A stretch of 63,721 nt of DNA, filler included, from Reticulomyxa filosa (lineage: Eukaryota; Protista; Foraminifera): NCBI GenBank assembly GCA_000512085.1. It is 26 parts of 26 records of this genome, joined end to end, with 100 filler letters (N's around TTAATTAATTAA, not from the genome) between each part and the next. Parts side by side here need not be neighbours in the genome. Positions count along the whole stretch, not along the records: positions 50,971 to 61,208 come from ASPP01026535.1; positions 61,309 to 62,477 come from ASPP01025022.1; positions 62,578 to 63,721 come from ASPP01037680.1; 23 more parts are not named here. One strand, given 5' to 3'. Shown here in pieces: positions 52,001-63,721 of the stretch. Within the stretch, counting starts at the first letter, position 1. Each line of letters begins with the position of its first letter. Position numbers and translations under genes: made by a program. The notes below the pieces were generated by a model. That model was not told the origin of the DNA. It worked only from the letters and a program-made list of their open reading frames with translations, and ran no database searches.

Positions 52001-52968
52001 CTAATGTGATTTTTTTTTTGAACAACACGTTAAGTAAAAAAATATAAATCATATTTTTAATATTATTAAAAGTTATTATAATTATATTTATACAAAAAAA
52101 TAATTTATTTTAATTTTGAATTTAATAAAAAATGTAGTTCTAGTGCAAAATATTTATAGATTTATCAATTTATAATATCATTGATATATCCATCAATTTT
52201 ATTCTAAATAATCATTTATCATTACATATCACAACTAATGTAAAGATGTTTCAACTATATTGTGTAAAATATACTTTCATTATTTTGACCTTTTTTTAGA
52301 ACATAAAGGAGACTAGAAGTATTAGAATGTGAGTTTAAGTTCTGTAATTAGACAGAAACGCTACAGTAAAACTAATTATATTTGCACTAATTGTGTTACC
52401 CAAGTTGAATCATTTCAATATAGTACAACACATTATATAAAAAATATTGATACACTGAGACTTCAAGATTCAATGATATTATGATGTGACTACTCTATAA
52501 TTGATTAATCTTTATGTGATATTGAACAAGGAAAAAAATGAAAAGGCAAATACGTCCAAAGATATTCAATATAACTTTGTAATGTAAACATCATCTGTAC
52601 AATTTTATAAATGTCATTGATTTTCCAACAAAGTAAGCTGTCTTTTTTCACAAAGACCTAGATTTTAAAAAGATTTATTAAGTAACGTACTTGTCTGCTT
52701 AAAATATCTGCTTAAAAAAATACTACCAACTGTTCGGAAAATTATGACTAGGTTTTCCTCAAGCGATCAAAAATAAATCCAATATTTGTCTTTTTGTTTG
52801 ATTCTTTAATCAGAAGTACGCTACTGACATCAAACATTGTTATCAGCAATATTTATTGTCACAAAAAATAGTTTTGCTGAAGTAAAAGTTGACAGATAAT
52901 ATTGACAAATTTCAGTCCATAAACAAAGGCAATACACACAATCTACACCAATATAGAATCAGAAAAAA

Positions 52969-55900
52969 TTAAAATTTTCCTCCACGTTGTTCCACAAGCA
53001 ATTTTTGTTGAGGTGTCAAGCCCAATGTATTCTCCCAAATACTGTCTTTCATTGACAAGCCATAACTTTGAACACCCACTTGCCAAATACACTTCACTAA
53101 ACCAGTCTTAGAAACACTAGAAATTTCATTCTCTGTACTCCATAATCGAATTGTTCTATCATCTGAACATGAAACTATTTTTGAACCGTCTCGTGATAAG
53201 CTAACTCCACAAATAGCTCCAGTATGTCCTTCTAGTAATAGGATTTGCTGTCCTGAAGACGAATCCCATATTCGGATGGTTTTGTCTCCTAAATGTGAGA
53301 TAATCTTAGAACCATCTGGTGAAAATTGTGCTTTCACTATATCATCAAATATCACTTTTACCATATGAAGTTGATTTCCAGAAAGTAGATCCCATATTCG
53401 GATCGTGTTATCCCACGAACATGTTATAATTTTGGAATTATCTGGTACAAACTGTACTGAAATTAGTCGCCCTTCGTGTCCCTTTAATAATTGAAGTTGC
53501 TTTCCAGTTGATGTATCACAAATTATAACTATTTTATCATCTGAGCATATCGCAATTCTAGATCCATCATATGAAAATGGCATTTTGTTAGCTATGTATA
53601 TCCATCCTTCAACTGATTGTAGTTGCTTTCCAGACTCTATGTCCCACAATCGAACTGTTTTATCCACAGAACGAGACACGATCTTGGAACTATCTGGTGA
53701 AAATTGTACGCCCGTTATATCGTTTGAATGCCCTTTCAGTGTCTGAATACGCCTTCCTGATGGTATATCCCATAATTGAATGGTTTTGTCATATGAATAC
53801 GACACAACTTTGGACCCATCGGCTGAAAACTGAATTCCATTTATAACCTGTGAATGCCCTTCTAATACTTGTAGCTGTTTTCCTGATAATGTATCCCATA
53901 TTCGAATAGTTTTATCCCATGAACAAGAAACAATTTTGGAATCATCTGGTGCAAATTGTACTCCTATCACAGAGTTTGTATGCCCTTCCAATATTTGAAT
54001 TTGCCTTCCTGATAATACATCCCACAATCGAATCGTTTTATCGTCTGAACATGATACTATTTTTAAACCATCGGACGAGAATTGCACTTTATTTACACAA
54101 TCCAAATGCCCTTCTGATAATTGGATTTTCCGCCCCACCGACATATCCCATATTCTGATGGTTCCGTCATTTGAACATGACAAAATTTTAGATTCCTTTG
54201 GAAAAAATTGTACTCCGGTTACATCACCTGTATGTCCTTCTAATACTTGTAACTGTTTTCCAGATGACACATCCCATATTCGAATTGTTCTATCATCAGA
54301 ACAAGATACAATTTTGGAACAATCTGATGAAAATCGAGCCGCATTTATGTCAGCCGAATGTCCTTCCAGTGATTGAATTTGCTTTCCAGTTTCCAAATCC
54401 CATATTCGAATTGTTCTATCACGTGAACAAGACAGAATTTTGGAGCCATCTGGGGAAAATTGCACTACAGTTACGCGGGCTGAGTGACCTTCTATTATTT
54501 GAATCTTTCGACCTGATGGAAAGTCCCAGATTCTAACGGTTTTATCAGCTGAACATGACACAATTTTAGATCCATCCGGTGAGAATCGAGCTCCAAATAC
54601 AAAATCTGAATGTCCTTCCAATATTTGAACTGAATGTTTCGACGATAAATCCCATACTCGGATTGTCTTATCACGTGAACAAGACAAAATTTTAGAACCA
54701 TCTGGGGAAAATTGCACTGCAGTTATATCACCCGAATGTCCTTCCAATGTTTGACTCTGTTTTCCAGTGGCTACATCCCATATTCGAGCGATAGTATCCC
54801 ATGAGCAAGACACAATTTTGGAACCATCTGGTGAAAACTGTACTTCAGTAACTGGATCGGAATTTCCTTCGATTACTTGAATTTGCTTTCCTGAAGATAA
54901 ATCCCACAGTCGAATTGTCTTATCGTCTGAACATGAAGCAACAAATTTGCCATCTGGTGATATTTGAATTCCATTTACACCACGTAAATGTCCTTCCAAA
55001 TAGGCATACTCTCCAAAATAAACGCCGTTCATTGATGCATTTGTAAAATCAGCTTTATTCAAAAAAGCTTGGCTAAAACTGACATAATTTAAGTTTGCAT
55101 TTTTGAGATCAGTCCCTTCGAGGAATGCATTGTCTAGTACTGCATGCGGAATTTTAATATTATTCCAATCTCTGTAATGCATGTTAATATTGACCACATT
55201 GAGTATAGTAATCGCATTTGCTGCTGCAACGCTGACATTTTCATTGGTCTTTGACGCCTCAAGGATTCGGAATAGTCTTGATTTAAAATTTGCATATATT
55301 GGATTTGTATCGTGGATTCTCTCACCAATAAACTTAATAATTCCCGATTCTCCGTTCAACAGCTTGTAATTAACAAGGAACTTCTGGACATGCGTTTCAA
55401 ATTGCTTTTGAAATTGTTCATTGCTTAGATTAAAGTTACTTGGCTTCCATGAAATGATATCAAGGACAATTTTTTGTGCGGCATAATATTCTTGGCATGA
55501 TTTATGCAAAAATTGGTACTTGTTATCTCCACTCCTTCTTAGGACGTATTTAGAAATACTATCACCATCGAAATATTTTTCCCAAACATCTGGTGGTTTT
55601 GCAGATGAACTGTTATCTTCTGTTTTTATCTCCGTGCTTTCAATTATAAATTGGTGTTGGTTGTCTTCTTCTTTTTTCGGTTCGTCTTTGTCTACACTTC
55701 CGCTATTAAAGTATTTTTTCCAAATACTTCGTTTCGCACCTCTTTTTTTACTTGTTTGTATTCTTTCTTCAATTTTTTTTTCGGTTTGTATTTTTGGATC
55801 TAATTGGCTCCATATTTCGTTTTGGGGCTGTAATTCTGGCTCAATTGCAATTTGACCTCCTTGAATGAACATATCAAATGCCAAATCATGACAATATTGT

Positions 55901-58770
55901 TTTAGTGCTGACTTAATTTTTGTAAAGTTTGTTTGTATTCGCAATTCGGCTAATTTGGACGTTATGTTTTGCGTATGAATATCAACCCATTGATCGTTGA
56001 ATACTTCATACACTTGTGCTCGAGAAATTCTGCTTCCGACACCGTATTGTTTTACCAATGATGGCAATACAGTTAGAATAAGTTGGAGAAGAACTGGTTC
56101 TTCCACCATTTTCTGCAGATTCGGATAATTATTTAATGTTTCTTCGTATTGTTTTGGTGTCCAATCACTATTCTTTTCATCATAATTTTTAGAATGCATT
56201 TTCGCAAATTTTTCAATGTAACTGTGCATTTGTTGTTTTGTAAATGGCCACAAATACATCATTGAGGTATAATTTTGGTTTGCACCAAATAGAGTAATCT
56301 TGATATCTTCTTCACTCAGTACGTTGCTTCTACAAGTAACAACAATTTTTGCGTTCCATTGATTCAAATTGAAACGATCATAGAAATATGGCACATCTTC
56401 ATTTTGACGATAAAAATCAAATATTTCATCAAATCCATCCATAATGAATACAAAAGATGCTTGCTCACAAATGGCGTCCATAATTTCCTTGCTGATATTT
56501 TTACCTTGCAATGCTTGCAAAACGATATCCCTTTCATTTTGCTTGTTGTAAATTTTTGCAAATGAAATGTAAACAGGAATTGGCTTTTTGGAGTCAGTTA
56601 TATAATTGTTCCACAATGTTTGTTCCAAATAACGGCAAAATATGCTTTTTCCTGATCCTGATTTACCTTGAATTATCATTACTTTTTTTTGATCATTTTT
56701 TTTTTCTTCTTCCAAAAATTCAAGCACGCGTTGATGGCAGTCATAGGTATCATGTTTTTGTTTATTGTCTCCGTGGGGATAGTTATTTGCCTGCAATGGG
56801 ATATATGTTTCAAGATTCTGTAATACAGCGATATCTTCTTGTATTTCCTGGTTTCTTGATTCTTGCAACAATAATGCAAAATCGGCACAGCTGGCTGGAT
56901 TCTTGTTTCCAATGATGTATTTTTTGTAATATTCATACAAAATTACATAAATCGCTTTGCCTTTCACAGTGGCTGGGATGAATGTACTAAGTTGATCATA
57001 TACAAATTGTGCCATTTTCAAAGACACTTTATTATCGATTTCTGTTTTTGTTTTTTTAGACAGTTGTGGTGGTTTCAATATTCCAATGTCCGAATGCAAC
57101 TTGCAACGATCAGCTATTTTCTGTAATCCCTTTTCGTCAATCCACTCACAAATGACATCATTGATTTTTGTTAGTGTCTCATCACTTACTTGTCTCAGTT
57201 CTTCCTCTTCGGGGTCACTTGGTCTCCATGCTCTGATGAGCTCATAGTACAAATGACTCAGCTTTGGATTCTCAATTACAGTGTAACCCTCAAAGGTTGT
57301 GAAGCTCTTCAAAGTCGCCTGCATTTCCACGTAAACATCGTGTTTTGGAACATATAATTTGATGTTGTGGAAGCGATGATGTGTTTTGGATTGTCTTTCA
57401 AAGAAATCTTTATCTTCGGACACAATCAAATTAAATTTTTCAGCTTTCTTCAACAGCGCAACTGCAGTTTGCAATTTGGTTGGATTATCACATAAAATAG
57501 TAAATCTCCCAATATCGAATACTTGATTGTAATCGCCTTTATAATCGTATTGAATCTTTTCCAACAATCTTGTCTTATCTTTTACTTGTCCGGGCTTCAC
57601 CACAGTAATTAAGTATTTCTGCAACTCTGCTATCAAATTTAACAGCTCACTGCTTTGCATTGCAGCCTCACTTCGGATAATTAAATCCTCCAAACTCGTT
57701 GAATGCTGTCGAATTTTGTTGGCCTTTAATTCATATGATAACCCTGGTTTAATTGTATAGAAACATTGGTAATTATTTTCTTTCACCGGCACTGAACCAT
57801 CATTCGCAGAAATGAGATGTTCTGAATTGGAAACCAGTGCTTTTACAACTGATGCAATAGCGAATTGTCCACAATCCGGACAGCAGTAAGACGTTTTGTC
57901 TGATACAAATGAAATGTCTCCAAATCCGATATTCACCCACACCGGGATCTTTGCTTTTGCTGCCAAACAATCCGTATTTTTGCAATACCCTTGCAAATTT
58001 ATTCCCGGTTTAGTTTCACCAATTTCCACTTTTTCCTCTTCTTTTTTCAATTTGTCAGATTTTTGTTCCATTTCCTCATGCATTTTTAGTTCCTATTTTA
58101 AAAAATTAAATAAACAAGTATAAAAAAAAATAGTCGAGAAAGAAAGGCATTGCATCATTCAGTGTGACCTGATCGATTTTACTTTCGGAGGGTTGTGTTC
58201 CGTGCTCTGAAACATGATTTTGATTTTCAATCTTTTATTTATTTATTTATTTAGTTTATGTATTTATTATTTTTTTTATTTATTTTGTTAATTTGCAAAA
58301 CAAGATTGATTTTTTTTTTTTTTGCATTGAAAATATAGAATATACATTTGAATCCATGAATTTAGAGATGATCTTCTCGACCACCACACCGACATTTCCA
58401 TTATTTTCCTCGAGATGTTTCTTCAACTCGTCCTTGTCAAGCGTCTCACTGCACAGTCTTGCCAATGCTTTCATTTGCGTTTCGTATCTTCCTTCGGAAC
58501 TGTTTTGCATTCCCCCTAATAGTTTCATACCTTTACGATAAGCAGAACTCCATTCATTTCCATCGTTTTGTGCAAATGCATACATAGCGTTTTTGGCCTG
58601 ATCGAGCAGGGCATATACAAAAAACACGCACAATTGTAAAAAAAAAAAAAGTAGTGATTTGTGCCTTCATTCGACATGTAAGAAATACTCTCATTTTTAC
58701 CTCTATTGCAAAAACGCAATCGCTGATGTCAATATCAGTGTTATATTGTTTCGACATAATTGTTTCCTCA
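52969..58770 (-). CDS. NLR-like STAND protein: UBA/CUE-like + Zn-ribbon + RelA/SpoT-like nucleotidyltransferase + NACHT + pentapeptide + 15x WD40
   Basis: Terminal exon 58092..52969. Upstream phase-0 exons 58231..58169, 58597..58346 and one ending at 58701 (start unresolved). Walker A GKSGSGKS (about 56644-56667), Walker B FVFIMDGFDE, VTCR sensor, FLHKS.QEY winged-helix motif, pentapeptide tract, 15 WD40 repeats. Confidence 0.92.
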
Positions 58771-59784
58771 ACACCTTTTTTTTTTCCAATCCGTTTCATC
58801 CCCATATTTTTTTAAACAAGAAAAATGATAACGCATTAGTACAGATATCCTTTTTGTACAGATTAGTTTTTTTTATTACCTCCTTGGACTTTTGAAATTA
58901 ATTTTAATGCTTTTTTTGACGTTTCCCTGATCGAGTTTAGTTGTATGTCGAGGGTTGCGGTCACTGTTTTTTTTTGTTGACACGAAAAAAAGATACGATA
59001 TTACAACAGTTGGACCTGGTTGTATCCCGAATAGCAACGAATGCTACAAGAACGATTAGCTTTTTATAGTTTTCTGAAAAAATGATTATCGAAAAAACGC
59101 ACAGCCCAGTTTCAAAACGTTTGCAAGCCGGGTCGGTCCCCGGTCGTGACCTACACAACTTTTGAAAATGCATTTTTTTTCTTGTTTCTGCGTACGTGAG
59201 ATGTATCACAATTATTTTTTGTTCTCGGGCAAAAATTTTCTGTTAAGTTTCAACAAGCTATTATTAAAGTTGGGGCAAGTGATAGGCACACTAAGCATGC
59301 AAACAAACTAATGCAAACTAAACGGGCTAGCAATGGGCACAGCCTTCATTTCTTCAAATACACTATAGCGTGTGGACAATAAAAAAATATATTTCGTTGT
59401 TAAGAAAAGAGGGGATACTTTCGCAAAAAAAAAAAAAAGCTTTGTTTAGCAAAAAGGGGTCTATTATGGGAGCTACATATAGCAAATTAAACAGCAAGCA
59501 TTTTTTTTTCTCGCTGTTGTGACCTTCATCTCTACTATGGAGAAACGCCAAAAAAAGAAAAAAAATTGTTTTTCAACAATAGTATGTTGTTATTGTTTAT
59601 CAAATGAGACAAAACAAAACAGAAAAAAAAAGCACATCCAAAGTCAACAAAAAAAAAAAAAGGAATTAAGGGCACAAGAAAGAAAAAGACTGGATAGTGC
59701 CAAATCCAAATTAAAGTGAGGGAGATGGAGAAAGGGGAGAAGAGTACACAAGGGGAGACATGTGTATCTGTGTTAAAGATGGAG

Positions 59785-61172
59785 TTAGGAAAGTTTAGCT
59801 TGACATTGATAGAAATCCCAAAATTGAGTCAAAGGATGGGTTTTGTTTTCAATGTTTTGAATGAATTGACACAAGGCTTTGTCTCGAACGTGCTGTCTGT
59901 ATTCCGTTTCTTGCGACAGCAGCAGATTGGCTTTGTGCAGAGCACCAGCGGCGGCGAAACAGGACATAGAGGAAGACAAGCACGATCACGAGAAGAACGA
60001 GGACATAGATCCAACTGGTGTGTTTATCCAACGAAAACAAAAATCGACATTTGCATTTGGAGTCCCTTTTCCCCCATTTCAACACGACGTCATACTCGTG
60101 TTCGGATATCAATCCGCGTTCGTCACCTACCTTGAAAAGGTCGTCTTTGGTTGCCACTATTCCACTTGCACTCATCATTGTATTTGCACCGGTGACAATA
60201 GGAATAGTGCTTGGTTCCATATCTTTGTTAGCTCGTTTTTCTTTGCAGGATTTCTTACTTTTCTTCTTTTTGACTTTTGCTTTTTTGTCTTTGTCTTTTT
60301 TTTTAGTTTTCCCGGAAATATGCACTTGAGCTTTTTTTTTATCCTTATCTTTATCTTTATCTTTGTCCTTCTTTGGACTGACTTTGGCCTCGGCGGCACA
60401 ACGCTTTGCCTCTTTGACAAAGTCTTGTATTTTGGTATCAATAACGACGACATACTTTTCAATATCATCTTTGCAGCCCTTCAATGACCGCGTTTTGATC
60501 TGACCTTTGAAAAACGAGCTCTTATGCCACTCGCATGCAAACAGCACCTTACAAATGGTAGTGAGTTTCAACGGCTGATTGGCCGCCACGAACACACACT
60601 TTTGTCGCCATTCCCATTTTTCGTGCATAGTATACGTATCGCCAAAGGGTACGTCCTTTGCTTGTGTCATGCGATGCCACACGAATGCGTTGTCCGACGC
60701 TTGACAAGCACGCTCGCTTCGCTCGACTCGACTCTCCGTCGCCACCGTCCCCGACAACGCCACAAACGCCGGCAAATCGTCCAGCTTCGTAATCAGCTGC
60801 ACGTCCCGCTTTTGCCAGCTGCGTCCGTTGTGCGTGTACCAGTTCTCCCATTTGCTGCTCACTACGTCGCGGTTCTTCGGATTCTCAGTCAAGTACTCCT
60901 TTATCGGGTACTTGGCGTCCTCGCTGAAGAACCACTTCCACATGTCTTTGATCGCACAGTCAAATTCGTGCGACACTATCGGCTCGAACTCCAATTTCAA
61001 AGGCATCCCCACCTTCCCGACTTTGTAATCGGGCAAATAATTTAGGTCTTCGTTTAGTCCCGATAACTTTTCCGCCAAACTGGGCGACGCGACCATTTCG
61101 TCGTTTTTATTGTTTTCATCCTTGTCATTGCTGTTGTTGTTGTTTGTACTGTCATCGTTTGCTGCTTCATTG

Positions 61173-61208
<36 letters not shown>
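59785..61208 (-). CDS. VASt (StART-like, LAM/GRAMD1-type) lipid-transfer protein with C-terminal TM, 3' part
   Basis: S.W......R, T...DVPFGDTY....W and W.KSSFFKGQI VASt motifs; Lys-rich linker; TM WIYVLVLLVIVLVFLYVLF. Stop at 59849, or at 59785 if frameshifted. Confidence 0.8.
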
Positions 61209-61349
61209 NNNNNNNNNNNNNNNNNNNNNNNNNNNNNNNNNNNNNNNNNNNNTTAATTAATTAANNNNNNNNNNNNNNNNNNNNNNNNNNNNNNNNNNNN
61301 NNNNNNNNAAAAAAAAAAAAATATTATTCACCATAATTCATCATCATCA

Positions 61350-61730
61350 ATTATTAACATATCATCTACTTTCAATTTTGAATTGGTACGTTTTTTTAAA
61401 TTAATCAAGACATTCACTGGATATACAAACATTGTAAGTATTGATTATTCAACATTTGATGATTGTCAATTCATTTGTTCTGCATCAGATGACAAGTCGT
61501 TCAAAGCAACAATTTTCTTTTTTATACATCAGAAATTAGTAGGATTACCATAAAGCTACCGTATATGCTCAAATATTCATCATTTATAATAATTAGTATC
61601 GGAGCAGTGTAATATATTCTGAGCCTTTTTTGGATATTCGGTCAACTAGGAATTGTTTATGACCAAAGAAAATAATGAAGAAGATGGTGGAATAATGTCT
61701 TTTCAAATTTACAATTGAAAAAGATTATGA
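61350..61730 (+). pseudogene. Highly decayed WD40 family remnant
   Basis: KLIKTFTG...SIDYSTFDDCQFICSASDDK, then deleted and disrupted similarity to the family C-terminus. Confidence 0.65.
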
Positions 61731-62577
61731 TTCAGATTAGGATCTTATTCGTGCCCAGTCGATAAATGCATTGTTTTGTTTTAGAAGCCCTAAAAAGGAA
61801 GGCATAATGCTTTGATTAAGCAAATAGATTTTTTTAATTACAACCATGATAGTTTCCAAAAACACGGTGTAGGCTACAATGATTGAAGATTTACAACATT
61901 GTTCATTTAAATTCTTTTTCTCACTTGATTTTTTATTATAACTGATTTTGGAGTAGCTTCAAAGGGACTTTCTATTTCAAAGCAAATCAGTGCATATTTC
62001 ACTTTTTTAATCACTATTTTTTTTCATTCCAAAATTCAATATGGTAAAAAAATGTTTTTGGTTATCCATTACATCTTAGAGAAATTATTTTTTAAATCTA
62101 CTGCAAAAGCGCAGTCACAGTGTTTTTGACCTAAAAAAACGTACATGATATTTTTAGGGGAACTATGCAATTACATCGAAGAAAACAAAATGAAATGGTT
62201 TGAGGTTGGTCCAAGTCTTAGTCTGCTTTTCCGTTGATTTTTAGGTAATCAAGAACAAATCATTTTTCTTCACACTTTTTTTTAATGGATAAAAAAAAAG
62301 AAAATAAGTAACGACTGCCCTTTAGAAATGTTGATGAGATATCCTGAAAATATTATTGATAGCAAAGATACTCAAAATAAGAGCAAACAGTAATCATAAA
62401 TATGTTTGTATAAAACAAAAAAAGACATTAATTAACTATTGGATTTGCTTTTTTTTGTTTTTTCAAAAAGGCTATTCNNNNNNNNNNNNNNNNNNNNNNN
62501 NNNNNNNNNNNNNNNNNNNNNTTAATTAATTAANNNNNNNNNNNNNNNNNNNNNNNNNNNNNNNNNNNNNNNNNNNN

Positions 62578-62618
<41 letters not shown>

Positions 62619-63710
62619 TCAGATTGCTATTAAAACTATTATTCATTGGCGATGAGGTCAATGACAGACCCGTAGATGTGGTCGGAGACCCCAGACCAAA
62701 ACTCGGCGACAATGACAATCCCTCGCTGGTGCTCGCCACGCTCGTGCTGAATCTCATCGCCATCGAGGTCATGGACGACTTTGGCTTCAATGTCCTTCGC
62801 ATGTTGGGAAGCTCGACCGTTTGCACCAGCTTCTGGTCTACTAGCGATATGATCTCTATCGTGCTGTTCATCAGATAGCCCACCAAATAATTCCCACACT
62901 CTTCTATGTACAGTGGCAATGCGCTCCAACTCACCGGGCTTCGTTGCACCGTATCTCCTTTCGAATCGACAAAAACCCCAAGGTTGCCTGCCTTTCATCA
63001 TTTTTTTTTTTTTTTTTTAAAAAAAATTTTTTAAAAAAAAAAAAAAAAAAGCAACATTTCAATCCAAATCTAATGAATGATATACAGTTTTCAAATTTAA
63101 AAGAAGAAGAGGATTTTTTTTAAAAAAAAAAAAAATTGTGCGCTTTTGCGTGCGTGTGAGGAGGTATAAAAGTATATGATGTGATGCATGAATTCATATA
63201 TATACATATATATACATATATATGTATATATATAAAACTTGCAGCAGTAGGTCCCCTTCGAAGTCGTCTCTCTTCATGTCTTCCTCTTGATACATGACCT
63301 TGCAAATGACGGGGGCAGACTGTTCGTTGGGCAAAGGCACGGTCTTCTCTTCGTTAGTTTTGAAATTGCGAATGATGTAACCGCGCTTCTTGGTGGAATA
63401 GCACAAGGAATAGTCGTTCAGAAACACCATCGAAAAGGGTGGATCGCTCGTGGTAAAGTCGCGCGTCAGATTGTACTTCTTCTCCATACTGTCCCATTCG
63501 AACAAATACACGTTCTTCTTGCTGCACACTCCGAGGCGGTAATAAGGCTTGCGGAAGTCGGTCACCAGGTATTGCGCATTCTTTGTTTTCGATGGCAGTA
63601 CTTGGTCGGGCATTGGCGAGAGTGCTTTGCTATGTAATGCCATGTAATGCCCATCCGATAAAAGCACTATCAACATGGTCAAATCGGCACATACTACCAT
63701 TTGCTTTACC
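62578..63710 (-). CDS. CNH-domain protein (Vps39/TGFBRAP1-like), internal exons
   Basis: LIVLLSDG, L.VC.KK.V.LFEW, P..M.F....LC......Y and G.FVD..G....R....WS..P......YLV......IEI.......LVQT. Confidence 0.75.
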
Positions 63711-63721
63711 TAAAAAAAAAA

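Noticed and set aside
52969-58092. Bacterial contaminant contig, given the 5-kb intronless exon
   Set aside because: The gene has in-frame spliceosomal 5' exons, host-like composition, and eukaryotic Kelch-like and VASt neighbours on the same contig.
59879-61045. Long plus-strand ORFs overlapping the VASt gene (and similar antisense ORFs over USP, XRN and the NLR)
   Set aside because: Antisense shadows of genuine coding regions, with no motifs of their own.
3634-62577. Regularly recurring TTAATTAATTAA flanked by Ns as a CRISPR-like or biological repeat
   Set aside because: Identical 100-bp artificial linkers with six-frame stops, used to concatenate contigs.
1-63721. A physically clustered 'defence island' of NLR, RNF213-like, WD40 and Kelch genes
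   Set aside because: The genes are mostly on separate concatenated contigs. Only the Kelch-like, NLR and VASt genes (50971-61208) are truly linked.

Overview
AT-rich, intron-containing eukaryotic DNA in the standard genetic code. The window is not one locus: 26 short contigs are joined by 25 artificial 100-bp linkers (44 N + TTAATTAATTAA + 44 N), so adjacency across linkers means nothing. Composition, short A/T-rich GT-AG introns and the expanded WD40, Kelch-like and HEAT families suggest a foraminiferan such as Reticulomyxa filosa (inference). Housekeeping genes or fragments: sphingosine/DAG kinase, USP deubiquitinase, zinc-finger protein, GDP-mannose 3,5-epimerase, Tom7-like protein, XRN exoribonuclease, ICE2/NARG2-like protein, WDR3/UTP12, ALDH6A1, a VASt lipid-transfer protein and a CNH-domain protein. 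Most notable: (1) a spliced NLR-like STAND gene (UBA/CUE-like + Zn-ribbon + RelA/SpoT-type nucleotidyltransferase + NACHT + pentapeptide + 15 WD40 repeats), with a paralog tail in another contig; (2) a ~34-aa phase-0 exon module at the N-terminus of WD40 proteins and the C-terminus of a Kelch-like protein, a candidate E3-ligase adaptor box; (3) a family of ~220-250-bp solo LTRs with 4-bp TSDs, nested in each other and in a decayed LINE whose 3' end is folded back into a 116-bp palindrome; (4) an RNF213-like fragment. All domain calls come from motif recognition by eye, not from database searches.
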